Assembly: GCF_000143415.4 (NCBI RefSeq)
Contig: NW_003314286.1
Span: forward strand, 803,460-867,459
Length of the DNA: 64,000 nucleotides
Direction: 5' to 3'
Origin: Selaginella moellendorffii
Taxonomy: Eukaryota; Plantae; Lycopodiophyta
Shown here: piece by piece, positions 23,912 through 37,425 of the stretch
Position numbering within the stretch: position 1 is the first letter of the stretch
How the letters are laid out: each line of letters starts with the position of its first letter
Translations under genes and position numbers: made by a program
The notes under the pieces: generated by a model
Seen by the model: only the letters and a program-made list of their open reading frames with translations
The model's database searches: none
What the model was told of the DNA's origin: nothing

Positions 23912-24633
23912 ATGGTTGTTATAAAACCAATTAAAGCAATTTGAAATAATGAAAAAAGATAATAAACTTAATAATTAAAAAACCCTAATAATCTAACATG
24001 GAAGGTTGTGAATTTGATCCATATTTTACACTTCCTTTATAAAGTTTTTAATATTAAAGTTTTGAATATGCCCCTAACAGCCCTTGACAATAAATGAGTG
24101 CAATGGAGAATACAATTGATAAGCTTGATACAAATATTCATTGCGTCATCTTGCATCTAGTTTTGAAATAAATCCTCCCCATCTTGAGTAGTCATAGTGC
24201 AAAAGCTAAAACGAAGGATTTCAACCTGTTGACATTATATTAAAACATAACATAATATTTAGTTCATACAGTGATATTAAGCTAAAATAAAGAACATTAA
24301 GTTATATTTTTTGTCAGCCATTTCTACTATACAGAGTCTTTCCAAAATCACCTCTTTCCAATCTAGAAAGAAAAAAGGAAAATAAATAATCTAAATTTTG
24401 AAACCTTTATCTTCTTTACATTGTCAGTATTGGCACTTTGGTCTTGCTTAGTGGAAATATTATTTTCATTCTCACAATTTGATTGTCAAGCTGTAAATAA
24501 AACTTGTTGACAAGAAAAATATTTACAAAGACAACAAACCTACATAAGTAAAAGATCTGGCAAAAAATGCCTCCTTTTACAATGTAACAATTAAGATTTT
24601 TCCATGACACAATCAATCAAGCACAAACTACAC

Positions 24634-24713
24634 TTCCATAGTTGTTTGTGTGGGGTTTTTGTGTTCATCACAATTCCATAGTTGTTTGTGTGAGGTTTTT
24701 GAGTTCCTCACAA
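24634..24713. repeat. 40-bp tandem duplication
   Basis: ttccatagttgtttgtgtg.ggtttttg.gttc.tcacaa twice. Confidence 0.85.
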
Positions 24714-26215
24714 TATGCATTGAACTAAACAATCCTAACCATACCAAAAAGAAGTAAATTGACAAGAAATTCAATTTTTACCTTTTATTGGATTGACATC
24801 CTTAGAAGGAAAACTAACCCATAAGCAATCACAGTATTTTTCTCACAAAACCCTACTAAGTGGCATTTAGTGACATTTAGTGACATTCCAAAAAATATAA
24901 TGTCCTAAAATTTCGAATCTATAGTTTACATCTAGACCGTTTGCAAGAAGTGTGATCATTGTGCATTTGAAGCTCTGCATATCTCAATGAAATACATTTT
25001 CAGTATGTTGCTAGAGCACTTGATTTTGTAAACCTTCCTTAATTTGCCTTTGGAGAAATTACTCCAAGTGTCGTTTCCTCAGTTTCTTGTGGACGAACGA
25101 CGAAGTCCACTGCCACTGCTTCCATACGAGATGAGTGTTCGGCCATGCTTTGCTTCCTTGAGAGGAGAAACCGTGAGTGAGTGCCTGTGGATTCTGAATG
25201 CCTATGCCAAGAACATGATGGAGAACTTTGATGCCGAAGGAGGTTACTGTGCTTGCTTTGGTGCTTCTGAGATATGGACAGCGAGCTTGTTCTATGCTTC
25301 TAAAGCTTGCTCGTTGAATGCATTTACCAGTGTAGATGAGAACCCAATGAAGTAGCCACCCAGACTATGCCTGAGAATGAAACGTAGCTATGTCTTGAAT
25401 GAGTAAATGGTTTGTGCCTCACCTGTCCAGACGTGCGACATAGGTCCTGCGCTTCTGCGATTCTTGTAGCTCGGATGAGCCTTCCAGAAGGCCATCTAAA
25501 AGAGGACCGTAAGGCTGTAAGCTTTAGCATCAGGATTTAAATGTCTGATCCCACAAGCTTATCGTCTCAGTATACGAGACAGCATTCGATCCGTAGACAC
25601 GAAATAATGCAACGTGAGGATGATCTTCACTACGAGCAGATTATGAAAAGGCATGCATACAAAATTTTCCATTCCTCCAAGAAACCATAAAGTCAGCCCC
25701 GTGTAATAAGCGATGCTACCTATTACCAGAGGCAGGAATTTGAGGCTTCTGGCGTGATGCTTCCCAGCTGCCTTGTCTCTGAATAAAAAAAAGCTGCTAT
25801 AACCTTTCAGTTGTCACTTGACTGCCTCCGCTGGCTGCCGGCGAATGTCTTCAAACGCTGTCAAGAACTCGGGCAGTCAAAGCCAAACATGAATTACTTG
25901 AGAAACGAAAGTGGTATAAACCGTTGTATCTGCGAAGCGGTCAAATGAATTTTTCTCTTGCACTGGTTCCTAGATGAAAGGAGAGAAGAATACCAGCAAA
26001 AACCACACCTCTTTGACATAGCTTGATTTGTGGAGCAGCAATCTTGCTTCTCAATCACTGGCTAAGCTGTGGATCGGAACGTCGCTCCACTTTGGCTAGC
26101 TCGGAAGATGCCGTCCATTGCCGCATTTTTGCTTTAATTCTTACTATGAACAGGCAAGTTTTAATCATCTGTTGTTGGATTTGGGCAACTTTAATATTTT
26201 AGCAATGGTGAAGGC

Positions 26216-27378
26216 CATAGTTACCAATTAACGCTTTTGGGTGAAAATTTGCCGTTAGTAACGCGTTCGTAATGTTGTGTTCGTAACACACGTCCGGGTT
26301 TGAGTCCTTGCAATTATCTTCACACAGCATTTGTAATAGAGTCCGGTTCATGAAAAGCAGATGAGCAGTCATATATGCACGAAGAGCAAGGAATAAAAGA
26401 TTGTGTTCAATCTGTGTAGAGGGTGGAAAAGATAAAGCTTTGGAAACCGTGTGTATCATCCATCTATCGACCAAAAGTGTCTCACTGTTTCCGTTTCAGG
26501 AAATGAAACTTACGTGAAGGAGCTGAACGTTCTACAATGCTAGTATATCATAGTTTGCTAGTGAACAGCAAATCTTAGCTTCAGCGAGACACCTGCAAAG
26601 AGAAACAAAATGGTTCCTGACAAGAAGAAATGGAACGGAGCGCACAAAACCTGGCAACGTTCAAGACGAACTCTTTTAAAGATTCTAAATCTTTCCATGA
26701 ATTTAAATTAAGTTTACCATTAAGCTAGGTTTATTATCCATTATGCCTCCACGTAGAGGAGGCAAGAGGAAAGAACCTTTGTGGGAGCTTCATGCCATTG
26801 AAGGTGAAGCATATGCAATTGGCAAAGGAAGCAAACAATGGATCTGCCATTACTGCAACAAAGGACTCGGTGGTAGCTTGAAAAGGCTAAAGTTACCTTG
26901 TGTCAATCTTTGCTGCAAAGAGAAACTGGAGTGTGTATGACATGGTTCAGTCAAAGAGAAGGATGCGTCTCAAGCCTGAGAACATGGAAAAGCTTATCTA
27001 CTACTACACCAGCTTGAGGCTGATGAGAACTATAGAAGACCGAGGCATGCAGCTTATGGAAGTTGATATTGATGACATCAACTTGGAAGCTCAATGGCAA
27101 AGACTGCTTGACATACAGGAGCACATGGAGGAATTTGAGGAGTTCTTAGACTCCATAGAGGAAGAGGAATGACAAAGCTCAGCTATGATTTGGTTTGTTT
27201 CTTTTGTTTTGTGTTTGGTTTGGAGTGGATTTCTTTGTTCAAGTTTTAAAGATTTCTTTCCACTTTCTTTAGGGTTTTTCACGTTCGGTTGGTCTGAAAC
27301 CAAATTTCGCATTCGGATGATAATTTGTCATTCGTAACATGTACGTATGAAACGTTTGGAAGTTCGGCGGTCACTATG
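26216..27378 (+). mobile_element. Non-autonomous hAT DNA transposon, internally deleted (1163 bp)
   Basis: Perfect 8-bp TSD GTGAAGGC (26208-26215, 27379-27386); TIRs CATAGTTACC / GGTCACTATG. Keeps the BED-finger start (WICHYCNKGLGGSLKRLK), joined near 26892 to the hAT C-terminal dimerisation segment (KRNWSVYDMVQSKRRMRLKPENMEKLIYYYTSLRL). Confidence 0.92.
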
Positions 27379-27421
27379 GTGAAGGCATAAGCAGTTTTCC
27401 TACAAGAAAAAAGATCAAAGA

Positions 27422-28816
27422 TCAGAACGATAGCAGTCGATCAGGAAAGGAAGATAAAGAAACGCGACCAGGAAAGACGTCGAACAACACCCGCAAGCCT
27501 GGTGTGAGTGTCAGCTGCGCCACCACGGTGCAGTGAATCACAAACTCTTTGACTTGATGAAATTCAAGTAAATCCCTGAGAACCATCTCGTTGGGCGGTG
27601 TACTAGTGCCCCACACGAAGAGATGAACCGTAAGACCATTGCACTTGGAGACACCGTCAGGCACAAACGACTACAATTACACGATTGGTACAAAGAAGAA
27701 AGGCGAATAAAAGAATAACAGTCGAGATGTATCCAAACCAAGATAACATATCGTCCATGGTCACCGTGTAGAAATGGAGCGAAAGCGTCGAGACTAGAGA
27801 GCTGGACGATGGTATCCATCGCCCAGGATCCCATTAGCGTCAAGCTACGCAGCGTCTCACATGGCCTACAAGAGTTGTATAACACGGCCATCCTCAAATC
27901 CTGGGAGCGCAACCAGATGCTAGTCCTACGCAGTCCCACCAGTAGAATATCCAGCTTCGGGGCGTCGACCGTGAGCTCGCCCAATTCCCCACACAACATG
28001 AGAGACCCGACGAGACTTCCATTCAAGACTGTAAGAGATTGGGCGCCGTCAACTACAGCATTCACACCTTCCAGTCTCGGGCATGATGCTAGAAGCATCT
28101 GGAGAAGCACATGAGAGACGGGCGAGCAAAGCTCGCACATTTCTAGGCACTTGAGAGAGCACCACACCAAGCTCTGGTTGCTAGTGCGCATCCTCCCAAT
28201 TATCTCGAGCCTCCGAATCGTGGTAGAGAACGCGATCAAGGCCCAGACAAACGGTCCCCATGATATGAGCTCCGGGAAAGCATTGAGGGAAAGTGTTGTG
28301 AGGGAGCTAGCAGCCCAGGCAAGCCAGTAACCGCTAGCTTCCATCTGGTCAATGCCATAACCATTCGCCATCACCATCGCCACCATTGCCATCCTCATCG
28401 CCATGGCCACCATCGCCATCCTCATCGTCATCCCAATTGCCATTGCCATTGTCATCGCCACCGAGGAAATACTGGAGCACGATGCTGAGCTCCTTGAGGC
28501 AGTTGGGAGCCTTGTACTTGGTGTGGTGAAGGACGCTGGAGATGGCATCCTCGGCGTTTCTCAGCTCCTCCATGCCATTTACCGCAAACCCGAAGCACAG
28601 GCGAGAGACGGCCCAGCGCAACTTGGACCATCGCTTGCACACCAGCGAGCATTTGGCGAGCTCCCGCGCATCGCCCACCTTGGTGAAGACGTCCACCAGG
28701 AAGCTATCATCCAGCTCCATCCCTCTGACTTTCAGATTCCCAGCAAACCTGAAATTATCTTCGATGTCCAGGTCGATCAATCCAGTGGAGCGGCCAGCAA
28801 TGTCGAGCTGCGGCAT
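27422..28816 (-). pseudogene. F-box/LRR-like gene with two frameshifts
   Basis: F-box motif ELDDSFLVDVFTKVGDARELAKCSLVCKRW in ORF 28349-28816; LRR-like continuation (LLASCPRLE, LTVDAPKL, LRSLTL) in another frame (27538-28548); tail in ORF 27422-27664; no obvious introns. Confidence 0.75.
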
Positions 28817-30887
28817 CTACATAGTTTTATAGTATGATTTTGTACACATTATGTATGATTATATGGAACTCTTCGCGTTCACCACCTTGATGTCATGGAA
28901 CTCAAGGAGGCAAGAAAAATTATTTGAAAGTTATTTTGTGTTTTGATATTTCGCGCACTGCACTTCAGATTGCGCCGTTGGCCAACGCTACATGCCTGCC
29001 GCGAGAAGAATCTCACGAGCAACAGCGTTTCCTCTCAGGTAGAGTGCTGTAAAAACTGTGCTTATGTGCAAAGCCGCCGGCGGCTAGCGGCCTTTTTTTT
29101 GCAGCAAGCCACGGAAGGGGAGGTTCTCTCTGAACATTCCATCGCAAATCTCCTCGGCGCTACCAGCGTTGACGACAGAAGGAAATCACGCTCATGCTCC
29201 TCTGCCGCCTGTGGAAAATTCTCAACCAACACGAAAATCTATAACTTTGAGCTTTTAAAAGTCAGGGAATTTTGATCGTATTAGCACATTTTGAGTTAAG
29301 CCATCGTTTTGGTCGCGTGAGCTCGCCAGGCGAGGCGATCCAAGTCTTTTCAAGAATGATGCATTCTTCATTGCTCTTGATTTGCCTCTGTGTGTTTTTC
29401 ACAGGCTAACATGCTCGACGTTGGCCTGAAGGAGCTGGAAGTGCTGGGCTTTAGATTTGTTGTCCATCTAATCCGCATAAGCAATGTAGGTTTCTCTTTT
29501 CATTGATCACTCACTTGATTCTCTCTAATATTTTCAATGGAAAACATGCTTAATAAAGTTTTTGAGCTTACCAAATCAAGTATAGTTATAGCATGTAGAG
29601 ATTATTTAATATTTTAATTTTGTAAGGACTTTAATATGATACTAAGATTGATGGGAGAACTCTAAAACACTTTCTCTTGAACCCCAACAAGCTTAGAACA
29701 CAATGTTGCTATGACAAACAGCTTGATGTCGTTTTAGCAACTATAGATCGACTATAAATTCAAATTCTAAACTGATAAACTATTTTAAGTGTATGACGAA
29801 TTTTAGAGTAGTTAAATAAAGTCACTTACGTAATAGTTATTTATAATTGACACTTAATATTTAAAGGAATAAAGTTGAGAACACCAAACCTGTCCATGGT
29901 TGTGGGAAACCTGAGCTAAATGGTAGAGCAATTTAACCAACTCAAAGTAAGGGTAAACAAAGTTGCCTTTCATGCAAAAAAAAAAAAACATTTTAAAACA
30001 ACCTTAAATTTGCATAATAGAGCAAAATTACTAACATTTTAAGTAACTTGCACTATAATGCAAAATGTCATCACCCCAAATGCCATCACACTAACCCCTC
30101 TATAGCCATGATATTTCCCTTGGAAAAACTTTTACCATGATATCTTATATATATATATTATGACAAAAGTATAAAGTTGAGAATGAATGAATAAAATTGA
30201 GGGACACATAAAGTTAGGTAAGAGAAATAACCACTGGAAATAAAAATCTTATGCTTCTCAATTGAGCATAACATAACCATAATATTTAGAAGCACGTAAA
30301 TTCAAATGCATCCTTATTATACAACCAATCAGAAATCATTTCAATGAAGAGAAATTATGGTACCATCATCCAGAAAAGCAAACATAATTAATGTCCTATG
30401 TATTGCTCAAGATTATATATAAACAATGATTATTCAAACATAAAAGATAGAGAATAAGATTAATAGAGAAGATCTACATTTGTGATGATATTGTGGAAAC
30501 AAGTGTGAATGAAAAATCTAATATTGTAGGTAAACACAATATTTATAAAATATCAGCACAAATATATTACCATAAAAGTAAAGTTATTATTATAATTTAT
30601 TTTTTATTTTTATATTAGTAGTTTTTGGGGTTTCTTTTTTCTCTATACTACAAGATTTTATTAATTATTTATTTTTGCTAATATATGTGGCTTATTTTCT
30701 GGCATGCATACCTTATTTAATATTTAAAGTTAAAGAAGAAACAAGTTTCTCACAATTTTAATATGTTCCTACTTTATCAAAACCTCTTCTTACATATATA
30801 ACTCTGTCATAGGATTAACTTTAGTATTTTAGATATAATAAAGTATATATAAAGAAAATTAAATAAATATAATTATAAAGTTAGCAA

Positions 30888-33800
30888 TGTGAGTGCCTGG
30901 AATATGGAAAAGGAATATAGAAAATATGTATATCAATTAGCTCAAAAACCCTATCTTATATACAACAGTGAAGGGTCCGGATTAAAACCAATCTGACAGC
31001 TACCAAAATCCTATTATGCTAATATCAATATATGGTATTGTAGCCGTACATTTGGCCCTCACATCATTCCCTCCTTTTGGAATAATGAAAGACCATTAGG
31101 GTTCTCTTGTAGATGGGTTGGGATTTGGAGGAACGTCAGGAGGAGGCATTGGTGGATTTATAAGTGGTATTAACTACTCATGATCCTTTTGTATGAAGCA
31201 TTTCAATCATTGCACATGCACAATCTCTAGAGGATTAGCCTACTGGATGTCATGCCGAACTTTATAAACTTGTGGTCCAACTTGCCGCAACACTCGATAT
31301 GGTTCTTTCCACTGAGCAAGGAACTCCTTAGATAAACTATATACCGTAAGATGGGAAAACGGACTAACACCAAGTCATCCACTTTGTACTCCGTAGGTGA
31401 ACGATGATGGGAGTTGTAGCACCATTGTTGTCCCATTTGTACACAACTTAAGTATTTAGGAAACTCTGCTCAGACAAGTGGAAGAATGCTTGTCAAATAC
31501 TAATCTTACGACCTAGCATCAGCAGCTCATGGCAATCATGAAGGTAAACTTAGCTTCGTTAGTAATATTGGATTATGACCATACAAAAATTTATATGGTG
31601 AAGCACCAATAGAACTCTGGACCCTATGATATATACATATTAAAGAGACGCCAAATAACCATCCCAATCCGAATGTTGAAAGTTCATATACTTCATGATC
31701 GTCCCTTTAAATATCTGAATGAGCTGTTCCACTAGATCATCTGATGTGGATAATAAGCACTCGTAAAAGTGTGGCATATCCCCAATCGAGACGTCAAAAC
31801 ATAAAATGCCTTAGCCATAAATGCGGGACCATTATCCGAAAGAATCCGCTTTGGATAAGAATGCTGGAACACCATTCGATTGAGGAGGAAGTATCCAACA
31901 GCAGTTGCAGAGGCACTAGCAAGAGCACTAACTTCCACCCAACGAGTCAAATAGTCAGAAGCAATAATAACATACTCATTGCCAGCAATCGACTGTGGAA
32001 AAGGTTCCATAATATCAAATGCCACCAACTCAAACATACGGGAAATTGCAATTAATTCCAACCGTCCTTTTGCGGCACAAGAGGGAGTATTACGAGCTTG
32101 GCATTAAATGCAACTACGCACATACCAAATAATATTATGTTGCATCTCCGGCCAATAGAAAGACTTGTGCAGCTTCTTAATTACATGATGATGTTCTATA
32201 TGCCACCTAGAACAGGAGAATTATGGTAGGCATGGAGAAACTGTGAAATAAAGATAGAAGGCACCACCAGTTGTAAATGATTATCAGGATCTGTCCCTAC
32301 AAAATGAAGAAGGCTATATTCAAGGTGATATTGAGAATGTAAATGCCAGAAAAGCAAGTCATCAGTAAATGATGCAAGATTCTCAAACCCATCTCGAAGC
32401 CTTTGAATCCACAGCTTAATATTTTGAGCCTCGCGAACCTCATCAAGAGAAGATAGATCTTGCTCTACGCCTTGTGGACACTGAATGTCAAGTACAACAA
32501 CTATCGACGGCATAAAATCCTCGTTGAGAAAATCCACAGATGCTGAAATAACAAGCTCATTAAAAACATAAAAAGAGAGTAAAGAAGGAAGAGAAGCTCG
32601 ACAAAGGGCATCAACATTAGCCATAGAACTCTCTGAGCGATGAACAACATCAAAATCATATATTTGAAGTTTCAAAGACCACCGAGCAGTATGACCAACC
32701 AGGTTCTTTCACTTTAATAATGAAGGAACGACAGCATGGTCACCTTCAAGTAATGTTTGAGAACCATGTAGATATGCATGAAGTTTCTCGAAACCCCAGA
32801 CTGCTGCTAAACACTCCTTTTTTGTCGTGGAGTAGTTCACCTTTGTTAGTTGTAATGTACGGCTTATATACGTAATAAGATGGCGTTGACCAGGCACACT
32901 TGGGCTCTCTTGCATCAACACATTTCCAAGACTAATATTAGAAGCATTCATGCGCAAAATAAAAGGTGAAGTGTAGTTAGGATATGCCAAAACTAGAGGA
33001 GTCGTCAATAGCTCTTTGAAATCTATGAATGCTTGCTCACAATCCAGAGACCAAATGAAAGATGGCATTGATGACTTCAGCAACACTCGCAATAGTGCAG
33101 TGCGTTAAAAAAAATGATCCACAAAACAACCGAGATACTACACTTTGCCCAAGAAGCGTTGCACATCATTTACACATTTTAGAGTAGGGAACTTTAGAAT
33201 AACCACAAGTTTGTCAAGATTAATTTACAAACCCTCACGAGAAATACAATACCCAAGATAAGTTGAGTCTTTAGACCCAAACATGCACTTTGACCACTTT
33301 AGCTTTAAACCAACATTTTGTAGCTGATCCAACACTTTACAAACATCACAAATGTGCTCTTCTCATATCCCCTCCGAGTGGATCAAGATATTATCAATGA
33401 AGTTAGTAGTCATCTCCAGCATATTGCAAAGAACTTTGTCCATCATTCATTGGAAAGTTGCTGGAGCATTGTTTAAACTAAATGACATCACCAAAAACTC
33501 GTACAAACCAAATGGTGTATGAAAAATAGTTTTAGGAATATCTTCTTCGGCCATCAGTACTTGCTAGTACCCAGAAGCAAGATTTAATTTGGTGAACCAA
33601 TGACTTTGCCTCTGATGATCCAAGAGATCAGCAGTGTAAGGAAAAGGGTACACATTTGGGATTGTCACTTCATTTAACGGAGGATAGTCAATGCAGAAAC
33701 GAATACTCCCATTAGGCTTTATCACAAGATGAAGTTCACATAGCCAAAGACTCCGCGACTTCTGAATAACACCTTTCTCCAACATCTCCTTGACGTTTGC

Positions 33801-35846
33801 ATGTGAAATATTGATTTCTTTGGGTGATTGACAATGAACAAGAACCTTGATTGAACAAGCATCCCTAGTTGGAATCGGATGACATGTGGTAATCTTGGCC
33901 CCAGACTATAGATCAAAGTCAAAGAGATTAGAATACTCTTTCATAAGCCAGTCAACCACTGTAACACAAAAATTGTCAAAGGGATTGGAAAAGGGAAGAG
34001 CAGAATAAAATGGAAATATAAGAGGAAATAGTGGGGGGATAAAAATAATGGAAGCAAAGGTAAAAGTAGGGGGACGAAGGATGAAACATAAGGAAGTATG
34101 AGACAAGGAGGGAGAAACTTTAAAGTCACATTTGGCATGATTGTGCTGCAACCAATTTATACCAAGGATGAGGTAAAAAGTTTGACTCAGCACCACCCGC
34201 AATAATTACAACTCAAGCTCAAAATCACCCATACGCACCACCAGATTTGCCTTATCCCATGCACATGCATGTGTATGGCCGTTGCCATAAAAAATGAAAA
34301 TTGCTCCCATTGCACGATGCAAGTGTAAACGGCAATGTGTGGTAACAGGTTGAGCAATAGAAGATAAACTCAAACTTGTATTAACCAACAAGGAGAGAAT
34401 AATATGAGATTTTTTGTTATAAAAACGAACTTAGAAAGTAAACATTGGATGAACTGGTGCCGAGTGAACCCCTTAATGATACTCCCGAAAGAAAGATGGA
34501 GGGGTCATTGACTTATTCGTGTAAGATCCCTTTGTTACTCGTGTGACTCCTCGTTTCTCGAATGCATCTCGGTGTCCAGAACTTCCACTGCAACAGCACT
34601 AATAGGATGTTGTTGACGCCAAGGTCTCCATCCAGGAAATGGAAGTCACCAATTTGGAAAACATCGACAACACTGATAAGTGTGACCAACTTCATCACAT
34701 GCCCAATAGCGAACGTCACGGCCACGACCACATCCTTGCCCTTGTCCTTGGACTCGAGCAGCAACAACATCAACCTCCATTAAAACAGAACCATCGCCCA
34801 TAGGAAGTGGAGTGGAAGGATGGGCAGTGAGAAGTGGAAGAGGCAATATCTCATAATGTTGTGCCAAGTGAAGAGCATTATCAAGGGTGGCTGGAGCAAG
34901 TGCATGCACAAGTCTGACAAGATCTTGATGAAGTGTTGGGTACAACATTCTTAACTTGATCCGCTCTGATATATTTGGTTCTGCACAAAACAAGAGGCTT
35001 AAAAAATGAATGCCAAATTGCATCACCGGTTTAGATGGCCCTTGACAAAGACAATGCAATTGCTGGAAGGCATCATCACAATTGTCAACATGTTTGAAAA
35101 CGTCAAGTTTGAAAACGTTTAGGAGAACACTCCAATCCCCATGAGTGGCTGCACTAAAACCATTATGCCACTGCAGTGCCGTCCCTTGGAGACACGTGGG
35201 AAATTCATGCAAACATCGAGTATCATCCCAAGAATGATATGTGGTAATCATTGTAAAGTGATTGAACCAATAGTACACATCATCCTTAGGATTCCCACGA
35301 AAGAACTCCAGCCGAACGCAAGGATTGGCACCAAGAGCAGGAGGAGCTATACCACGTGCCGTGAGTGCCACCATCAATTGAGTTTAATTGTTCAATTGCA
35401 ATCACATGGCATCAAGCAATTGCACCAACTGCTGCTCCAGAGTTAAAGGACAAGATTGCTTCTCTGCCATGAAGATGAATGAAGAGGAAAGAGCAAAAGA
35501 AGAGCAATGAGAAGAAAATTAAAAGGAAAGGAATGGAAAAGCTAGATTTAAACCAAAATCTTGAAAGGAAAGAATAAAAAAAAAGAAATGGAAAAAACTA
35601 AATCTAAATGATGTAAAAGCTAAATCTAAACCAAAATCCAAAATCCAACCACTCCTCAGGAATAATAAAAAGTGCCCTTTACCTTCACCAATTTGAGTGT
35701 TTGGAATATGGAAAAAGAATACAAAAAATGTACATATCAATTAGCCCAAAAACCCTAGTTTATATATAGGAGTGAGTGGTCTAGATTGAAATCAATCTGA
35801 CAACTACTAAAATCCCACTACACTGCACGTACACTTGTCCCTCACA
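30888..35846 (-). mobile_element. Ty3/gypsy family G, copy II, full-length but decayed
   Basis: LTRs 35692-35846 (5') and 30888-31063 (3'); PBS 35674-35690; gag ORF 34646-35377; broken PR-RT-RH-IN; 4-bp TSD GCAA (30884-30887, 35847-35850). Confidence 0.95.
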
Positions 35847-36266
35847 GCAAGAATTTATAATTCTTGAGAATATAACAAATGTGTAAATTAGAAGTTAATA
35901 GCATCTTTACTCTTTCTTAAATTAGTCATCAAATAAAACTTGGCTACAAAAAGATTAAATTAGTTTTGAAAAATGTAAATTATGATGATGCTATCTCACC
36001 TAATAATTTTTAATAGTAAAACTATATACATTAATGATTTTAGTAGTCACCTCATATTTCTTTAACAAATCTTGAAATAGAAAAAAGTAAATCCTTGCTA
36101 GTATAAAGTGTTTTAGTACTTAAAATAATGAGTGAAAATTTTCTATTCAAATATATAGAGCCTTCAATTGCCACCTAATATTTAAAATAATAGAATTGAT
36201 TAAAAAAATTCATTTTAACACCTTACTACAAAATTAATTATCATGAAAAATTGGGTACAAATATCA

Positions 36267-37425
36267 TTATACAGCCTTCTGTATTAACTGCAAGCATAAT
36301 AATGTTTAAATAATAAATTTATAAAACTTATAATACCTACCTCTCTTAAATTTGACCATTTTGGAATAACACCTATATTAGGTAGGAGAAACAAAAACAT
36401 AAATATGTAAAATATAAAAGCTTAAATATAATCCTTGTAATACCTCTTAAATTTTTTTGTTTAACTGACTTATCTCCAAAAATCTCCCTTTCATATATTT
36501 CTCTAGACCTCTTTCTCCCCTATTAAATATAAATAAATATAAATTAAAAAACCAAAATATAAAAATATACCTGCTCAAAAGTTACATACTGTGCATCAGA
36601 AGATAATACCTTTACCAAAAATATTAAAATAAAATTAAAAGAATAGAACACTTTTACCTCCCAACTATTCTCCTTTGACCATTTCAAAGATGGTCTCAAA
36701 TAAGACTTCAAAGCTATATATATACCTCCTTCCCCATATGGACGTTCCAAGAGTGCAATCTTAAAAATTATAAATATTAGTATGTAGTAGAATGAAGATT
36801 ATAAATCTCACCTCTATAGTATCCTTTCCTATAAGCTTTCTAATAGTACATTGCCACCAACAACCTGATGTCCACCAATCAACTTGATCCCCAACTTTCC
36901 AATCTTTAGAAATTGTGATAGCTTCTTTGAAACTAGATTGGAAAAACTTATCCTCTCTGAGAAAGGGTGGTGGCATTGGACGAATCATGTGTTGAAGGTG
37001 CTTCTTTGTAGGCTTCCTTGACAAGAAAGGGATTATCTGGTACTCCAATGTCCAATGATCCTCTAAAAGAGAACAAGATATGTCAAATTTACACATAAAA
37101 CCAGAAGAAACCATGTGGAAAACCGCAAGAAACCGTGCGAAAACTCACACGAAACCGCAGTTCTCACACTTTAAATCAGGTGCATACCCTCCTCCTCATA
37201 GTCTAGATACTTCAAAAGATATTTGAGCCTCCCCTCCTTCATCCTCCCATCCTTCACAAGATCAATATCCTGGATCTGAAGAGAATCATGTGATCTATCA
37301 AAGAGAAGATACACTAGAAAGACTCAGACCTTGCATCTAAACCATGCCCCCCTGTAGCCACTAAGATTAGATCTCACTTCCACCTCTTGACCTTTGTAGA
37401 AATCACAACAAGGAGGAGGCGCCAT
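36267..37425 (-). CDS. Agenet (plant Tudor-like) domain protein, 8 predicted exons: 37425-37330, 37275-37188, 37062-36812, 36759-36658, 36609-36571, 36519-36444, 36372-36341, 36287-36267
   Basis: Manual splicing on GT-AG sites gives MAPPPCCDFYKGQEVEVRSNLSGYRGAWFRCK...WKVGDQVDWWTSGCWWQCTI...PYGEGGIY...LRPSLKWS, i.e. two Agenet-type motifs. The last four small exons are less certain. Confidence 0.82.

Larger units (their letters stand above)
14810..24100 (-). pseudogene. Decayed Mutator-like (MULE) transposase with SWIM finger, split by later LTR insertions
   Basis: Minus-strand translations in the expected order: KYGSNSQPSMLD (about 23990-24030, candidate first Asp); LGTIIIDKAQ*EYNLIKDV...GHILLC (20320-20445, second Asp and CxxH region); WSCNYKDIQVSVCMHIYAF (15421-15477, SWIM-like CxCx(n)CxH with C>Y). 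Boundaries approximate; no TIRs found. Confidence 0.55.

Noticed and set aside
25044-25530. ORFs with a faint PPR-like phrase (ILNAYAKN)
   Set aside because: A single short motif with no repeat structure; cannot be supported.
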